A stretch of 64,000 bases of DNA from Lama guanicoe (lineage: Eukaryota), in contig MU054391.1 of the NCBI GenBank assembly GCA_013239625.1, positions 1,827,130-1,891,129 of the forward strand, read 5' to 3'. The notes beneath the pieces are model-generated. The model saw only the letters and a list, made by a program, of their open reading frames with translations, did no database searches and was not told where the DNA came from. The position numbers and the translations under genes were made by a program. Shown in pieces: positions 26,701-36,796 of this stretch (positions within the stretch are counted from its first letter, which is position 1; the number at the start of each line of letters is the position of its first letter).

Positions 26701-27171
26701 CACACTTGACATCTCAATGCCATCTTTAGTTTTGCACGTTCTAGTTTTGCATGTCTGTAGGAATGCTTTATGTGTGGGGCTGGGGACTGCTGGTCCGTTT
26801 ATTTTGAATTCCCCTTCTTTCATTTATGAGACATTTCTGAGTGCCTTCTGCATGCCAAGATGAGTACGACACGGGCCCTGCCCGCAGGTTGCTCCCGGCC
26901 TGGCGGGGAGACCCGCCGTACGCAGAAGTCGGCCAGCGTGCAGAACGGGCCTGTAGGAGGCAGGGCTCGAGTGTGAGCCGCGAGCAGCCCCGGGTCTTCC
27001 TGGGGGCTTGCAGGGCAGCGTCGGCTCCCCGTGGCTCCCGCTGCCTCGGCCTTTCGTTTTCGCATAATCACATCTTACCCTGTGGCAGTTTCTAGTTTTT
27101 CTTCCGTAACCCTCCTCCCCATCTTTTGCTCTTCAGTTTTATGTGATGTGATAAGTGTCACAGCACGTATA

Positions 27172-27469
27172 CAATTTGCCCTCTGCATCCGTGGATTCAC
27201 CCAACTGTGGGTCAAAAATATTTGGAAAAAAATTCCAGAAAGTTCCAAAAAGCAAAACTTTCCTATGCCACGTACAGGTGACTGTTGACATAGTATTTAG
27301 CTGTGTGTACAGCTGTGTTTATAGCATTTGCATCGTATTAGGTGTTCTCAGTGATGTGTGCAGGCTACGTGCAGACCCTGTGCCATTCGGCATAAGTGAC
27401 TTGAGCACTGTGGGTTTGGTACCCATGGGGGTCCTGGAGCCAGATCCCTGTGGACACCAAGGACGACTG
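27172..27469 (-). mobile_element. MER2-family (TcMar-Tigger) MITE
   Basis: Reverse complement begins CAGTCGTCCTTGGTGTCCACAGGGATCTGGCTCCAGGACCCCC…GTGCTCAAGTCACTTAT, matching the MER2 5' end; TA at 27170-27171. Confidence 0.8.
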
Positions 27470-27779
27470 TGTATCGGTTTTCACGGTTCACTGCGTGCGT
27501 TCAAGCCCTTATCACCCAATTTTACATTTCTAAAGACCATCCTTGCCTGGCTTTCAAGGCAGAAATAACTGAAACCCGGAAAGGGAAGGTGATTTGCCCA
27601 AGGTCATTTGGAGAGCAGGTGGGGGGCCAGCAGTCACATCCCACTGGACCTTTTCTTTAATAACAAAACAAAACAGTGTGGAGCTGCTGGCTGTGAGCTG
27701 AGTCCGCCTGGATGTTGAGAGAACACGTGTGAGTCGGCATCAGCTGTGCCGCTCTCAGGAAGCCCGTCTGCACTGGGCT

Positions 27780-28860
27780 GCCGCACAGATGCATGAGCAG
27801 ATAGGGGCTGGTATTGGATGCCCTGGAAACTTCCCCGAGAGAGAATGGCTGGCTGTCTGGCAGGGTCAGGAGAGAGGCTGAGGGAATTACAGAAGGTGTC
27901 GCCCAGGAGAGGGTTGTTGGAGCGAATTGTGAGGGAGCAGTGGGAGTTTGCCAGGCAGGCAGTGTCCAGAAGGGGACGTGGGGTAGGGGGTCAGCATCCA
28001 CAAATGCACAGAGATGCGGTGCTGCATTGAGGGTGTGCATCTGGTTTGGTGCAGTTGGGACAAAAAGGGTGTCAGGGAGCAGTGTGAGAGGAAGATGAAG
28101 GTACAGCTAAGGCTCAGATCTGAAGGTCCGTTGTGTCAGTGAGAGTCGGCTGGGCCAAGATGCAGTGAAGGTGTCAACCCCAAGTCTCAGTGACTTTGCA
28201 CAATAAATGCTAAGCCTGCTGAAGAGGGAGGCTCTCCTTGGTGTCTCCCCTCCTAATTGTGATGCTGCCATCTCCCACACACGGCCTTCACGGTCACTGC
28301 AGGAGGAGAGGAGAGACGGGAGGTCACAGTCACCACCTCAGCCCCGAGGAGGACTCCGCGTCTCACGGCCTTTTGGTCAGAAGGAGGCATTTGGCCCCCT
28401 GGGATGCAGCTGGCCGGGAACCGTCTGTGGCAGCTCTGCGCTGGGGAGAGCGGTGCAGTCTGGGTCTGCGGCCGTCGCTGCCTCGCCCTGTGTGCCTTCC
28501 TGAGGGTCTTGGTCTTTACCCCCTAGGTCATGTTAAAGCAGGGAGATGATGTGACCGACCTGATGCTGTAAAGTGTCACTCTGACGGCGGGGGGCAGGGG
28601 AGGCAGAGCGTCATGTGCGTGCACACGTTCTGTGTGACAGATGGCGGAGGCCAGGAGCACGGCCGTGCAGCTGCGGAGGGAGGGACAGATTGCTGGGAGC
28701 AGACCGGATGGACCAGGCTGGGCCCCAGAATGGCTATGAGAGGTGGGGTTGAATTTGGAGCTGGGGTTTCTGAATCAGGGTCTGGGGTTACTCCTGCAGA
28801 CAAGGCGGGCTTGAGGGGAAGGGAAGATGTCAGCGTGCTGGGTTCTGAGGTGCCTGGCTC
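27780..28860 (-). mobile_element. L2 remnants
   Basis: Diffuse G/A-rich L2-like text (gagggtcttggtctttaccc…gatgtgacc…ttctgaggtgcctggct). Confidence 0.45.
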
Positions 28861-29412
28861 CTGTCAGGCTCTGTGAAGCTCTAACTGAGGCTGTCTTTCC
28901 ATGTGTTGTTTCAAATGGTGGTGTTTTCGGTTGTCAAGTGCAGCCTTTGATTTCCTGTGCCAGGTGGCGTTTTTCACGGCAGGAGTCGCATTGACATTGG
29001 TGAGTGTGGTTTGGCCAATGAGGGGCTGATAATCCTGCACGTGATGGGTTGTTCTTCCTTTGTTGGTGCCTCTTCTGGAGAACAGTGGCCCTGGGTTCTT
29101 CTGCATTGATTCTTTTTTCTCATGTTAATAAAAAAGTGCCCCTACCTCAGTGACCCGAAGAAAAAGCAGGAGTCTTTCCTGTGGTTCTTTAATTTTTAAA
29201 CAACTAAGCAATTGTAGTTCTAAATGAGAGTAAAAGTGTGAAAGCACATTGGAAGAGTGCTATCCTAGGGGAAGACTCATTAACGTTATTCCTGTCATTT
29301 TGGAATCACTGGTACAGAAGCAATATTTGTCATTGTATGATTTGCTTCCCTTGGTTTAGATGGCTACTATGTTCATTGGTGATTTTGTTTTATTTTGTTC
29401 ACTTAAAACAAG

Positions 29413-29888
29413 AAAAAGAACCAAATGGCATTCTAGAGGAAAACAATACACCCCTACTGCTAGAAACCCCAGTAGAAATAGAAGACCAAGGAGGGCCACC
29501 AACACGACAGCAGTCACAAGAAGAGTCATCACCACAGCACCCAGCAGTGAACCTCGAGAAACAGGGATCACTTCAGCAGTCGTCCTTGGGACAACCGTCC
29601 CGCGAACAGATGCCGGACAAGCAAGGACCCCCTGGGCGGCCGTCCTTGGGACAACCGTCCCGCGAACAGATGCCGGACAAACAAGGAGCCCCTGGGCGGC
29701 CGTCCTTGGGACAACCATCCCGCGAACAGATGCCGGACAAACAAGGAGCCCCTGGGCGGCCGTCCTTGGGACAACCGTCCCGAGAACAGATGCCGGACAA
29801 GCAAGGAGCCCCTGGGCGGCCATCCTGGGGACAACCATCCCGAGAACAGACGCCTCGGGGAGAACACATGGAACAACAAACACCATGA
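29413..29888 (+). CDS. DCDC2C: Candidate alternative terminal exon, phase 1, (E)KEPNGILEENN…QQTP*, with 20-aa Pro/Gln/Gly/Ser repeats
   Basis: T-rich tract then aacAAG acceptor at 29411-29412. In frame with ORF 29238..29888; TGA at 29886-29888; AATAAA at 29956-29961. Repeat variation is mainly synonymous in this frame. Confidence 0.6.
29581..29854 (+). repeat. 60-bp minisatellite, ~4.5 copies
   Basis: Units start at 29581, 29641, 29701 and 29761, with a partial unit at 29821. Consensus cgtccttgggacaaccgtcccgcgaacagatgccggacaaRcaaggagcccctgggcggc. Confidence 0.97.
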
Positions 29889-29955
29889 GAACAGAATGTC
29901 ACCATATTGTGAAGAGCAACGGTCCGACGCCAGAAAGGATCATAAAGCAGATGAA

Positions 29956-29961
29956 AATAAA
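29956..29961 (+). terminator. Candidate polyadenylation signal AATAAA for the alternative terminal exon
   Basis: AATAAA begins 68 nt after the stop at 29888. Confidence 0.45.
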
Positions 29962-30404
29962 ATTAGGCGTTTTTTACCCCATTATTGCTACAGACACATG
30001 CTAGTGGAATATTTAAATTGTGAATTTCATATTTTGGTGCCCAGACATAAAGTTTTAAAACAATGATTCAGACTAAGTTGCTCTGGAATTCCTTCTTCTG
30101 TCCCCCGAGCGTACTACACCTGGAGGGGGAGGGGTGGGTCAGTGAGATTTAATGTCACCACTTGGCCCAGAAAAACCCTTCTTCTTGGCCCATCACCTGT
30201 ATCTGGCGTTCCACAGTGACTCAGCCACCCTGAAAATGAGACGTTTACGTCATTGTCTATAATTATTCCTACTTTGAAGTGAATTAAGGCATCTTATAAT
30301 TATTATACATATTATTTACAAGCAACACAAACACGTATCTGTTATAGATACACATATGTGCACATCCATGTCAGAAGTAGACAGTAGAACCCCCTGGAAC
30401 GGGG

Positions 30405-30625
30405 CATTTTTGGTGATTAAAGAGAATGGGCTCTCAGGTCCGACTGCAGGAGCTCGGCTTCTCCACTCGTGCAGTGTGTGAGCTGCCTGCACCTCGTCCG
30501 CAAACTGGGGCTGAGAGTAATGACTAAGTCACAGGTTGCTGGGACCACCGAGAACAACAATGCGTATCACCAAGCACTTGGGGCGGTGCCGGGCACACGG
30601 GAGGCACTAAGAAACAGTCGGCTGC
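30405..30625 (+). mobile_element. MIR remnant
   Basis: ggtgattaaagagaatgggctct…cacctcgtccgcaaactggggctgagagtaa…aagcacttggggcggtgccgggcacacgggaggcact. Confidence 0.6.
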
Positions 30626-32016
30626 AGCGCTGTTCCCTTTCGGCTGCAGTCTTTTCTCCCATGAAATGAGAGGAGACACAGCAGATTATGCTGCCCGAGC
30701 CTCTGCTGAGCTGGCCTGCTTCACTGGCAGAACAGACGAAGCGGTGAGGATGTAAGGGGGGCCAAGGTCTAGTCCCAGCCACACCAGCATCTGCCACCTG
30801 TTGCCTAGTCACACAGGGCTGGCACGTGGGAGGAGAAAGGAGAGCCGTTACTTCACCATATTTGTGGTTTCTTGATTGATCGTTAGATTTGACCGTCACG
30901 TTTGTTACACTTGAAGGAGGAAATGGCAATCAAATGGAAACCGTCTCCACCTCACCTTTAGCTTTTTTCGGTTAGTCCGTCCGCTTCTGGTGGGGAACCC
31001 ATTGCTTTTGACCTGGCTACACTCTTACTGCGTGTTCTGGTGCATGAAAGGGAATTAGAACTGCATCTCCCACTCCTTTTGCCTGAGCCTTCTGTTCCAG
31101 CGTCTGGTGCATGTTGTTGTGGGAAGAGGATGGATTTCGGGCCAGAACCTCGGGTCTAGTCCGGATGCCTCCCCTTATTGACCAGACGGCCTTGAGCGTT
31201 CGCTTGAGCTCTCCGAACATGACTCTCTCCTGTCGAAGGGGAACGGCGACGTTGGGCTGCTAGGTCTGGGAGCCGCCCGGTGACCGTGGTGCTCACAGCA
31301 GGTGTGCACGAGGCCACCGTGGGGCCGCTTGGTCGGCCCAAAGGCCCGTGTAGCCTGCAGCTAGTAGCTGGCAGGGCAGGACTTGAAATTACGTTTTTCT
31401 TTTCTTTCTTCCTTCAAAAACATTTTTTTCAGTTCCAAATCCACTGTAATACTCAACTTGCCTTCGCATAGAATTATTGTATGAATCAAGTGAAATTAAA
31501 CTCTAAAATCATAGTATGATTCTGGGGTAAGATAGAGTCTTTTTATTTTAATGGATATGTCAATACTGCTTCATTTAAAATACTGCATCCAGGTGACATC
31601 CAGGTTTCGGGCTTAACCTCAGAGCGGGCTGGGTGCTGGGGGATGGATGACATAACTCCCTGAGACTTATGGACCAGACAATTCAGATTCAAATGGGCCA
31701 TAGCACCTTAGCACGTTTAAAGATGGGGCTGGAGGTTGGAAGGGGAGAGGGGACAGAGCGGCTGAGATGCGATGACCACCAAGGCCAACCGCATTGCAAA
31801 ATCATGTCAAAATCACATTTCAAGGCTGCTTTCTGCATGAGCTCTCATCTCATCCTGTAGAACCTGGACTCTCAACGGGACGGACTGCAGCCCAGAAAAT
31901 CGCCCAGAATCCGGACTTCACAGAAATTCCATCTCTTGTGAAAACTGGGAGTAGACTGTGGCCAGATCACAGCTTTGAGAGGTTCTTCCTTTAACTGGCT
32001 TTTTTATGTCTTTCAG

Positions 32017-32046
32017 ATGGCCTGGGAGTGGAAACCAGTAAATTAA
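32017..32046 (+). CDS. DCDC2C: DCDC2C terminal coding exon (MAWEWKPVN*), human-like C-terminus
   Basis: Strong acceptor ctttttttatgtctttcAG, then ATG GCC TGG GAG TGG AAA CCA GTA AAT TAA. 7/9 identical to recalled human MAREWKPVD*. Phase 0 is compatible with exon 361-402. ATTAAA overlaps the stop. Confidence 0.75.
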   Translation: MAWEWKPVN

Positions 32047-33214
32047 AAAAAACACCTTTATATCCACTTGAAGTCAGGTTGTCTTCAATTATGGTGCTTC
32101 TTTCTTGCAAACAGACATTTTAGCAGCAAGAAGGTCCTGTCTGGGGTGGGGCTGAAGCCCCAGGCAGTAGTGTCTTCTCAAAAGCTAAAGATGAGGCTTT
32201 TCCAGTGGACGCCACATTGATCTGATTCCTTTTCTTGGTGATACTTCTTTTTAGTAAACATTTAAAAGAATGAAATGTGGTTCTTTATAATGAAGGCCCA
32301 CAAGGGTCATTCAGAAAACCAAAAGGGTGTGGAATAACCTGTGCACATTCCATGTAATTACTTCTTTTCTTGGAATGTTTATTGGAAGGTATGGTTTCAG
32401 CTTTATGCAGCTTGAAAGTTCTCACGAAGACGTACCTGGAACCTCAAATTCAAAGGAGGAAACATTTTCCCTTCCAAGTGATTAATTCCAAACAAACAAA
32501 CAAAAAATCCCAGATCTGCTGGGAAATGGATTTTACTCATTTTTATGAGGACAAAAATAATGCCCACGTGTCTAAGTGCGAAGACTTAACGGTCTTCTTT
32601 AGCAAAGATTTTAATTTCAGCAAATAATGTATGCCTTCAAATAACTCTATTCAGGGTTTGGGGATGTTTTTTTTTCTTTTTGCTGAGTACACATATAACA
32701 GTTATCTGTATTTTGTTTGCATTGTAGTCATTTAACGAAGGTATAAGCTGTTTAGCTTTGCATTTTGGTAAAAAAAAAATCATTTGCTGTCAACAAGGTA
32801 GAGTTTGCATGATTAGAGACTTAGCTGTCATCATCTCCAAGATCCTGGGCGTGGCTGTGTTAAGGACTTGAAAGTATTTTCTGTTATAATTATTGATCAA
32901 ATAGTTATAACCATTGGCAACAGGCTCATCAGTGTCAACTTATTATATTTGACGCTTAAAAATGCTTTAGAAGTTGGCCTGCATTCAAATGTGTCAGAAT
33001 ATGTTGGGGTACACAGGAAAAACTGAGAAAGTAAGCAAAAGGGGAGAGTTTAAAAAATGTCTGCTGAGCCTTCTGAACTGAGTAGTAGAAACCAGAAAGA
33101 AAATGAAAAGTGGAAACATCTTTCTCTTTTACAGAAAAAGATACGGCAAAAGAAACTATTTTTGCTTCCACTGAAATAGCACAAGTCACTGTACACGAGT
33201 TGTTTCTTTCTTGC

Positions 33215-34115
33215 TGTTTTAAGATTTTCTTTCTTTGGCTTTCGCTGGGGCAGGTGTGATGTATCTAGGTGCGCCTCTCTCTGAGTTTTATCCAGCTTGG
33301 AGTTTGTTGATTTTAGTGCTCAGCTACTGATTGGACAGAGATCCCCTTAAACATCCTGATTCAGCAAATCCTCAGCCTTTTCTGAGGAGCTCTGTCTGTG
33401 TGTTGAATGTACCTTCAGCAGTCCCGCAGGGGAGTTACAACTCTGCTTCCACTTCACTTCCTGACCAGAGCCTCAAGGTCAGACAGAGCTGAGGGTTTAA
33501 GGCCTTATCAGGCCTTTCCTGGGCGCACGCACGGCTCTGCACACGCATGTGGCCTTCTAGATTTCAGGAATATGTCAGAGCTTTACAAAGCCCGCTACAG
33601 ATATCTCATCCCCTAGTTTTTTCTTAAAACTAGAACTTAAAATGTAAAAAATTTTTGTCTGGCCCAACTGGTGTTACTGCATCAGGCAGCCGTGGTGTTA
33701 AACAGTTGTCACTGGTTGCTTTTGATGAATGCCCCAGAGATAGGACTGTTCATACAGAGAGAGCTGAGTCAGGTCAAATAAAGAGAAACCTTGAGACCGG
33801 GGCTTTTCCTGCAGCCGCCAGACAGGTCAGATAGTGACAGATTCCTGGGTCTCAGCTTTTGGGGAGCTCCAAACCCGCTCTTCCTCCTCCCAGCGGGTCC
33901 TAAGCTGTGGTTTTCACAGCTACCGTGGAACAGTTGAGCTGAGGAGAGGAAGATGGGAATAGGGCCGTTAAAACATCATCAAGCCTGCTGCTCCTACTGA
34001 GATTCAGTTACGTAACCCTTCGATTAATTTCTAGAGTCCTGAAAAAGTTGATTTCGACACTTTTCATTACTTTCATGAAGGAGCGGGATTTTGGTGGTCC
34101 TCACTCTGTCATCTC
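33215..34115 (-). mobile_element. Old L1 (L1M4-like) 5'/ORF1-region fragment
   Basis: tttaagattttctttctttggc…atgtatctaggtg…gattggacagagatccccttaaac…ggccttctagatttcaggaatatgtcagagc resembles the L1M4 5' region. Confidence 0.6.
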
Positions 34116-36648
34116 AGAAGTGCTTTTCTTGTGGCGTTCTTGACACAGCAGCTGGTGGGAATTTAGATCCCTCATTCCCGCACCTGCCATATGCTTCTAA
34201 TTCTGTTCTCCCTTGGTGTATACAAATACAGAGAAGCAGATTGGCAAGCCACCCAGCCATGGGGCTGGGGAGGGGCATGTCGGTTCCTCTCTCTCTCAGG
34301 TCCTCAGTCTCTGTGGTTGGTACACGCGACAGCCTCCTTCACTTGACTTTGGGTGGATGTAGGAGGAAGCATTTTTCTTTCTCCAGGTGGGAAGGGAAAG
34401 CTGAAGCCTTCTCTTGCTCTTTTGCCCTTCTGGTAAGGGGACTTGGGGGAGAATAAACAAGTTGGGTAGAGAGAGAACTGGGAGGTGGGGCAAGAGACCT
34501 GGCCAAGCAATGCTACGTAATTGTTGGCTGTGGGATTGCTTTTCTTCCTGGGGCAACCTGAGTAGTTTCTTTCCTGAAGGCACAGGAGGGGTTGGAAGGG
34601 GCTGGTATATCCCTCCACGTGACCCCAGGAGCCCGACTGAGTTAGGAGACACCCAACCAGCCCAGACAGGACTTCATCGTCCCGCCAGCGGGGACCTGGG
34701 GAGAGGTTCGGCTCCTCACTGAAGTCCAGTCACACAGAGCGAGCACACACACACCTGGAGCCTTTATCAAAGGGCATCCTGCAGACCCACCAGACACAGC
34801 TGTCGGGATGACTGAGGACGAGCATCCTGAAAAGAAGTTACTGTGTGATGTGTGTGGAGTGAGGGCCCATTGCAGGTCTTTGGTCTCTGGCTATTTTTTC
34901 ACTTCTGTTTTCTTTTTCCAGCTCTGCCCTGTCAGCCAGCTCTTCCACCTATACTGAGCTTGTCTAAATACTTCTTCTTTCCAGCTGTCATTTGCTGCTT
35001 TCAATCCACATGGGTTAGAAACAAGATAACAAAATGTGTTATGTGGGCAGTGCAAATCGAGGGTACCGGAGACCGTGGGTGGATGCCGGGGCACTCACCT
35101 GTGGAAAATGCATGAGTTTGATGTGCAGACATTGTGCAGTCTGGTCCCAGCTTCAAGCCTCTTCTGCTTGCTTCGTGGATCTTGAATGAGTCCAGGTGGG
35201 GTAGAGAAGTTGCCCATCTTCATTCATTCTGAAAGAGTCAGCTCCCTGTAGTTGGCTCCCAGGTCATCTCCTGCAGCCTTTCTGGGGCTGCCCAAAGGTG
35301 CACCTTGTCTTTTCATGAAGTATTGGTGATGTGAGAACCAATTCAGACACAGGTGGGTGCAAGTTGTGTCCGGAAACGGCACCTTGGCTGTAGAGTGCTG
35401 CCCATCCCCGGGGTCTGGGTTTCTTTAAGTGGTCCCTCGGCTTATTACTTACAAGGTGTATCCAGACTAATTCCCTGGGAGTCGCTCAACCAAACAATTG
35501 AAAAGAAAATCCAGAGAAATCTCAGCTTTAACTGCAGACCATGGCCTCACTGGATCCTGTTTGCCCCTCAAATTTCCCACTTTTGATGCTGAAATAAAAC
35601 ACTGTTAAAAGAATACAAGACTAGAATGTGAACTTTGAGGTTTAGAATGATCTACCCAGAGAATTAAAAAAAACTTTAGATGTAATGTATTGTTGGCATC
35701 ATTCACTGGTGACACCAACACATTAATTTCAGCAAAGCTTCCATCTCACATTTTTTCCTTAGGGAAACAAGTTTACATGCCAATTAAGCTGAATTCTTTC
35801 CTGAAAAAAGTACACAGAGGATATTCAAAATGTTAAGAACTTGAGAATTGGTGAGTTTAAATTTTTTTCTTGTTCCTTAAGTGACACATTTTGACCTATT
35901 TCTGGCATTCTGCATAGTGGGCAAATTCCAGATTGTGATGGAAGAAGCATCAGGGAAAACCTCTCCCCCACGAGGCACACGTGGCTGTGAACTTGCTGGC
36001 AAACTCCGGCTCCTGGATGCAAATCCTCCTTTTGTGTTTATTTAAAGAAATCCGACCAATGATCTGCTGTTGGTCAGTGTTTTCGTTGTGCAGAAAATTC
36101 AGTTTTCATTGTTCAGGAAAATCTGAGCAATGAAAACAATGAAACGTGTGCCGGCGTTGTTTTTTTCAATTTTCTTTAAGAAAAAAAGATGCCGTCGCTG
36201 GATCAGAGCACAGCAAGAAAACGCCCTCTGGCGCCCTCCCCGGTGCTCTCCGAGAGCAAGGAGTGACAGATTACCCACCGGATGCTCGCGCAGCCCCGGG
36301 CCCCGCCGGGTCGCACCCCGCGGCGCAGGCGCAGAGCACGCGCCATCACCGCCTCGGAGTCGTCTCCGTGTTGGAGGCGCTGGAGGGGGCAGGGCGGACT
36401 GCGAGTGGGCGTCCCTGGCGGGAAGCGGGTCGGGCAGGGGGCGGCTGCAGGGCTGAGCGGGACTCCGTCGGGCTGCCCTCCGCCGGCTGCTCTGGCCGAT
36501 TCTCCACGTGTTTGTTCTCAGTGCGTAGGTCCCCCACTCCCTAATGTGACTTAATTCTAATTTCAGATAATGTTTTCCTCTCTGGTTTAGCGCCCAAGAT
36601 TACTGATTCTGATTTTCAGTCTGCCGTTTGATACCAGTGGTGTGAACT

Positions 36649-36796
36649 ATCTTTTAAATGTTTCTTCTTGATGTTACTTTTCGGGGAGGGAGGTAATTTG
36701 ATTGATTTATTATTTGCTTTAACAGAGGGCCTGGGGGTGGAACCCAGGGCCGCACGAGTGCTAAGCACGTGCGCTACCCCTGAGCGCCACCCTCCC
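36649..36796 (-). mobile_element. tRNA-derived SINE (camelid vic-1-like), TSD TGTGAACT
   Basis: Reverse complement has A box-like GGCGCTCAGGGGTAG and B box-like GGGTTCCACCCC, with an AT-rich tail. TSD at 36641-36648 and 36797-36804. Confidence 0.75.

Noticed and set aside
29238..29412. 5' part of ORF 29238..29888 as an independent gene with a hydrophobic N-terminus
   Set aside because: The start codon is GTG, and the hydrophobic stretch is the translated T-rich polypyrimidine tract of an intron.
29581..29854. Regular array as CRISPR-like
   Set aside because: Contiguous tandem units without unique spacers, in mammalian DNA with no cas genes.
29356..30004. Overlapping ORFs 29360..30004 (+) and 29356..29886, 29568..29879, 29573..29905 (-)
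   Set aside because: They are open largely because the 60-bp repeat lacks stops. Repeat variants are mostly non-synonymous in the other + frame, and I found no phase-compatible exon chain for them.
34195..34860. Possible old LTR element
   Set aside because: LTR-like impression only; I could not identify termini or family.
36723..36796. tRNA gene (also 51612-51688)
   Set aside because: These are tRNA-like heads of SINEs with tails and TSDs, not intact cloverleafs.
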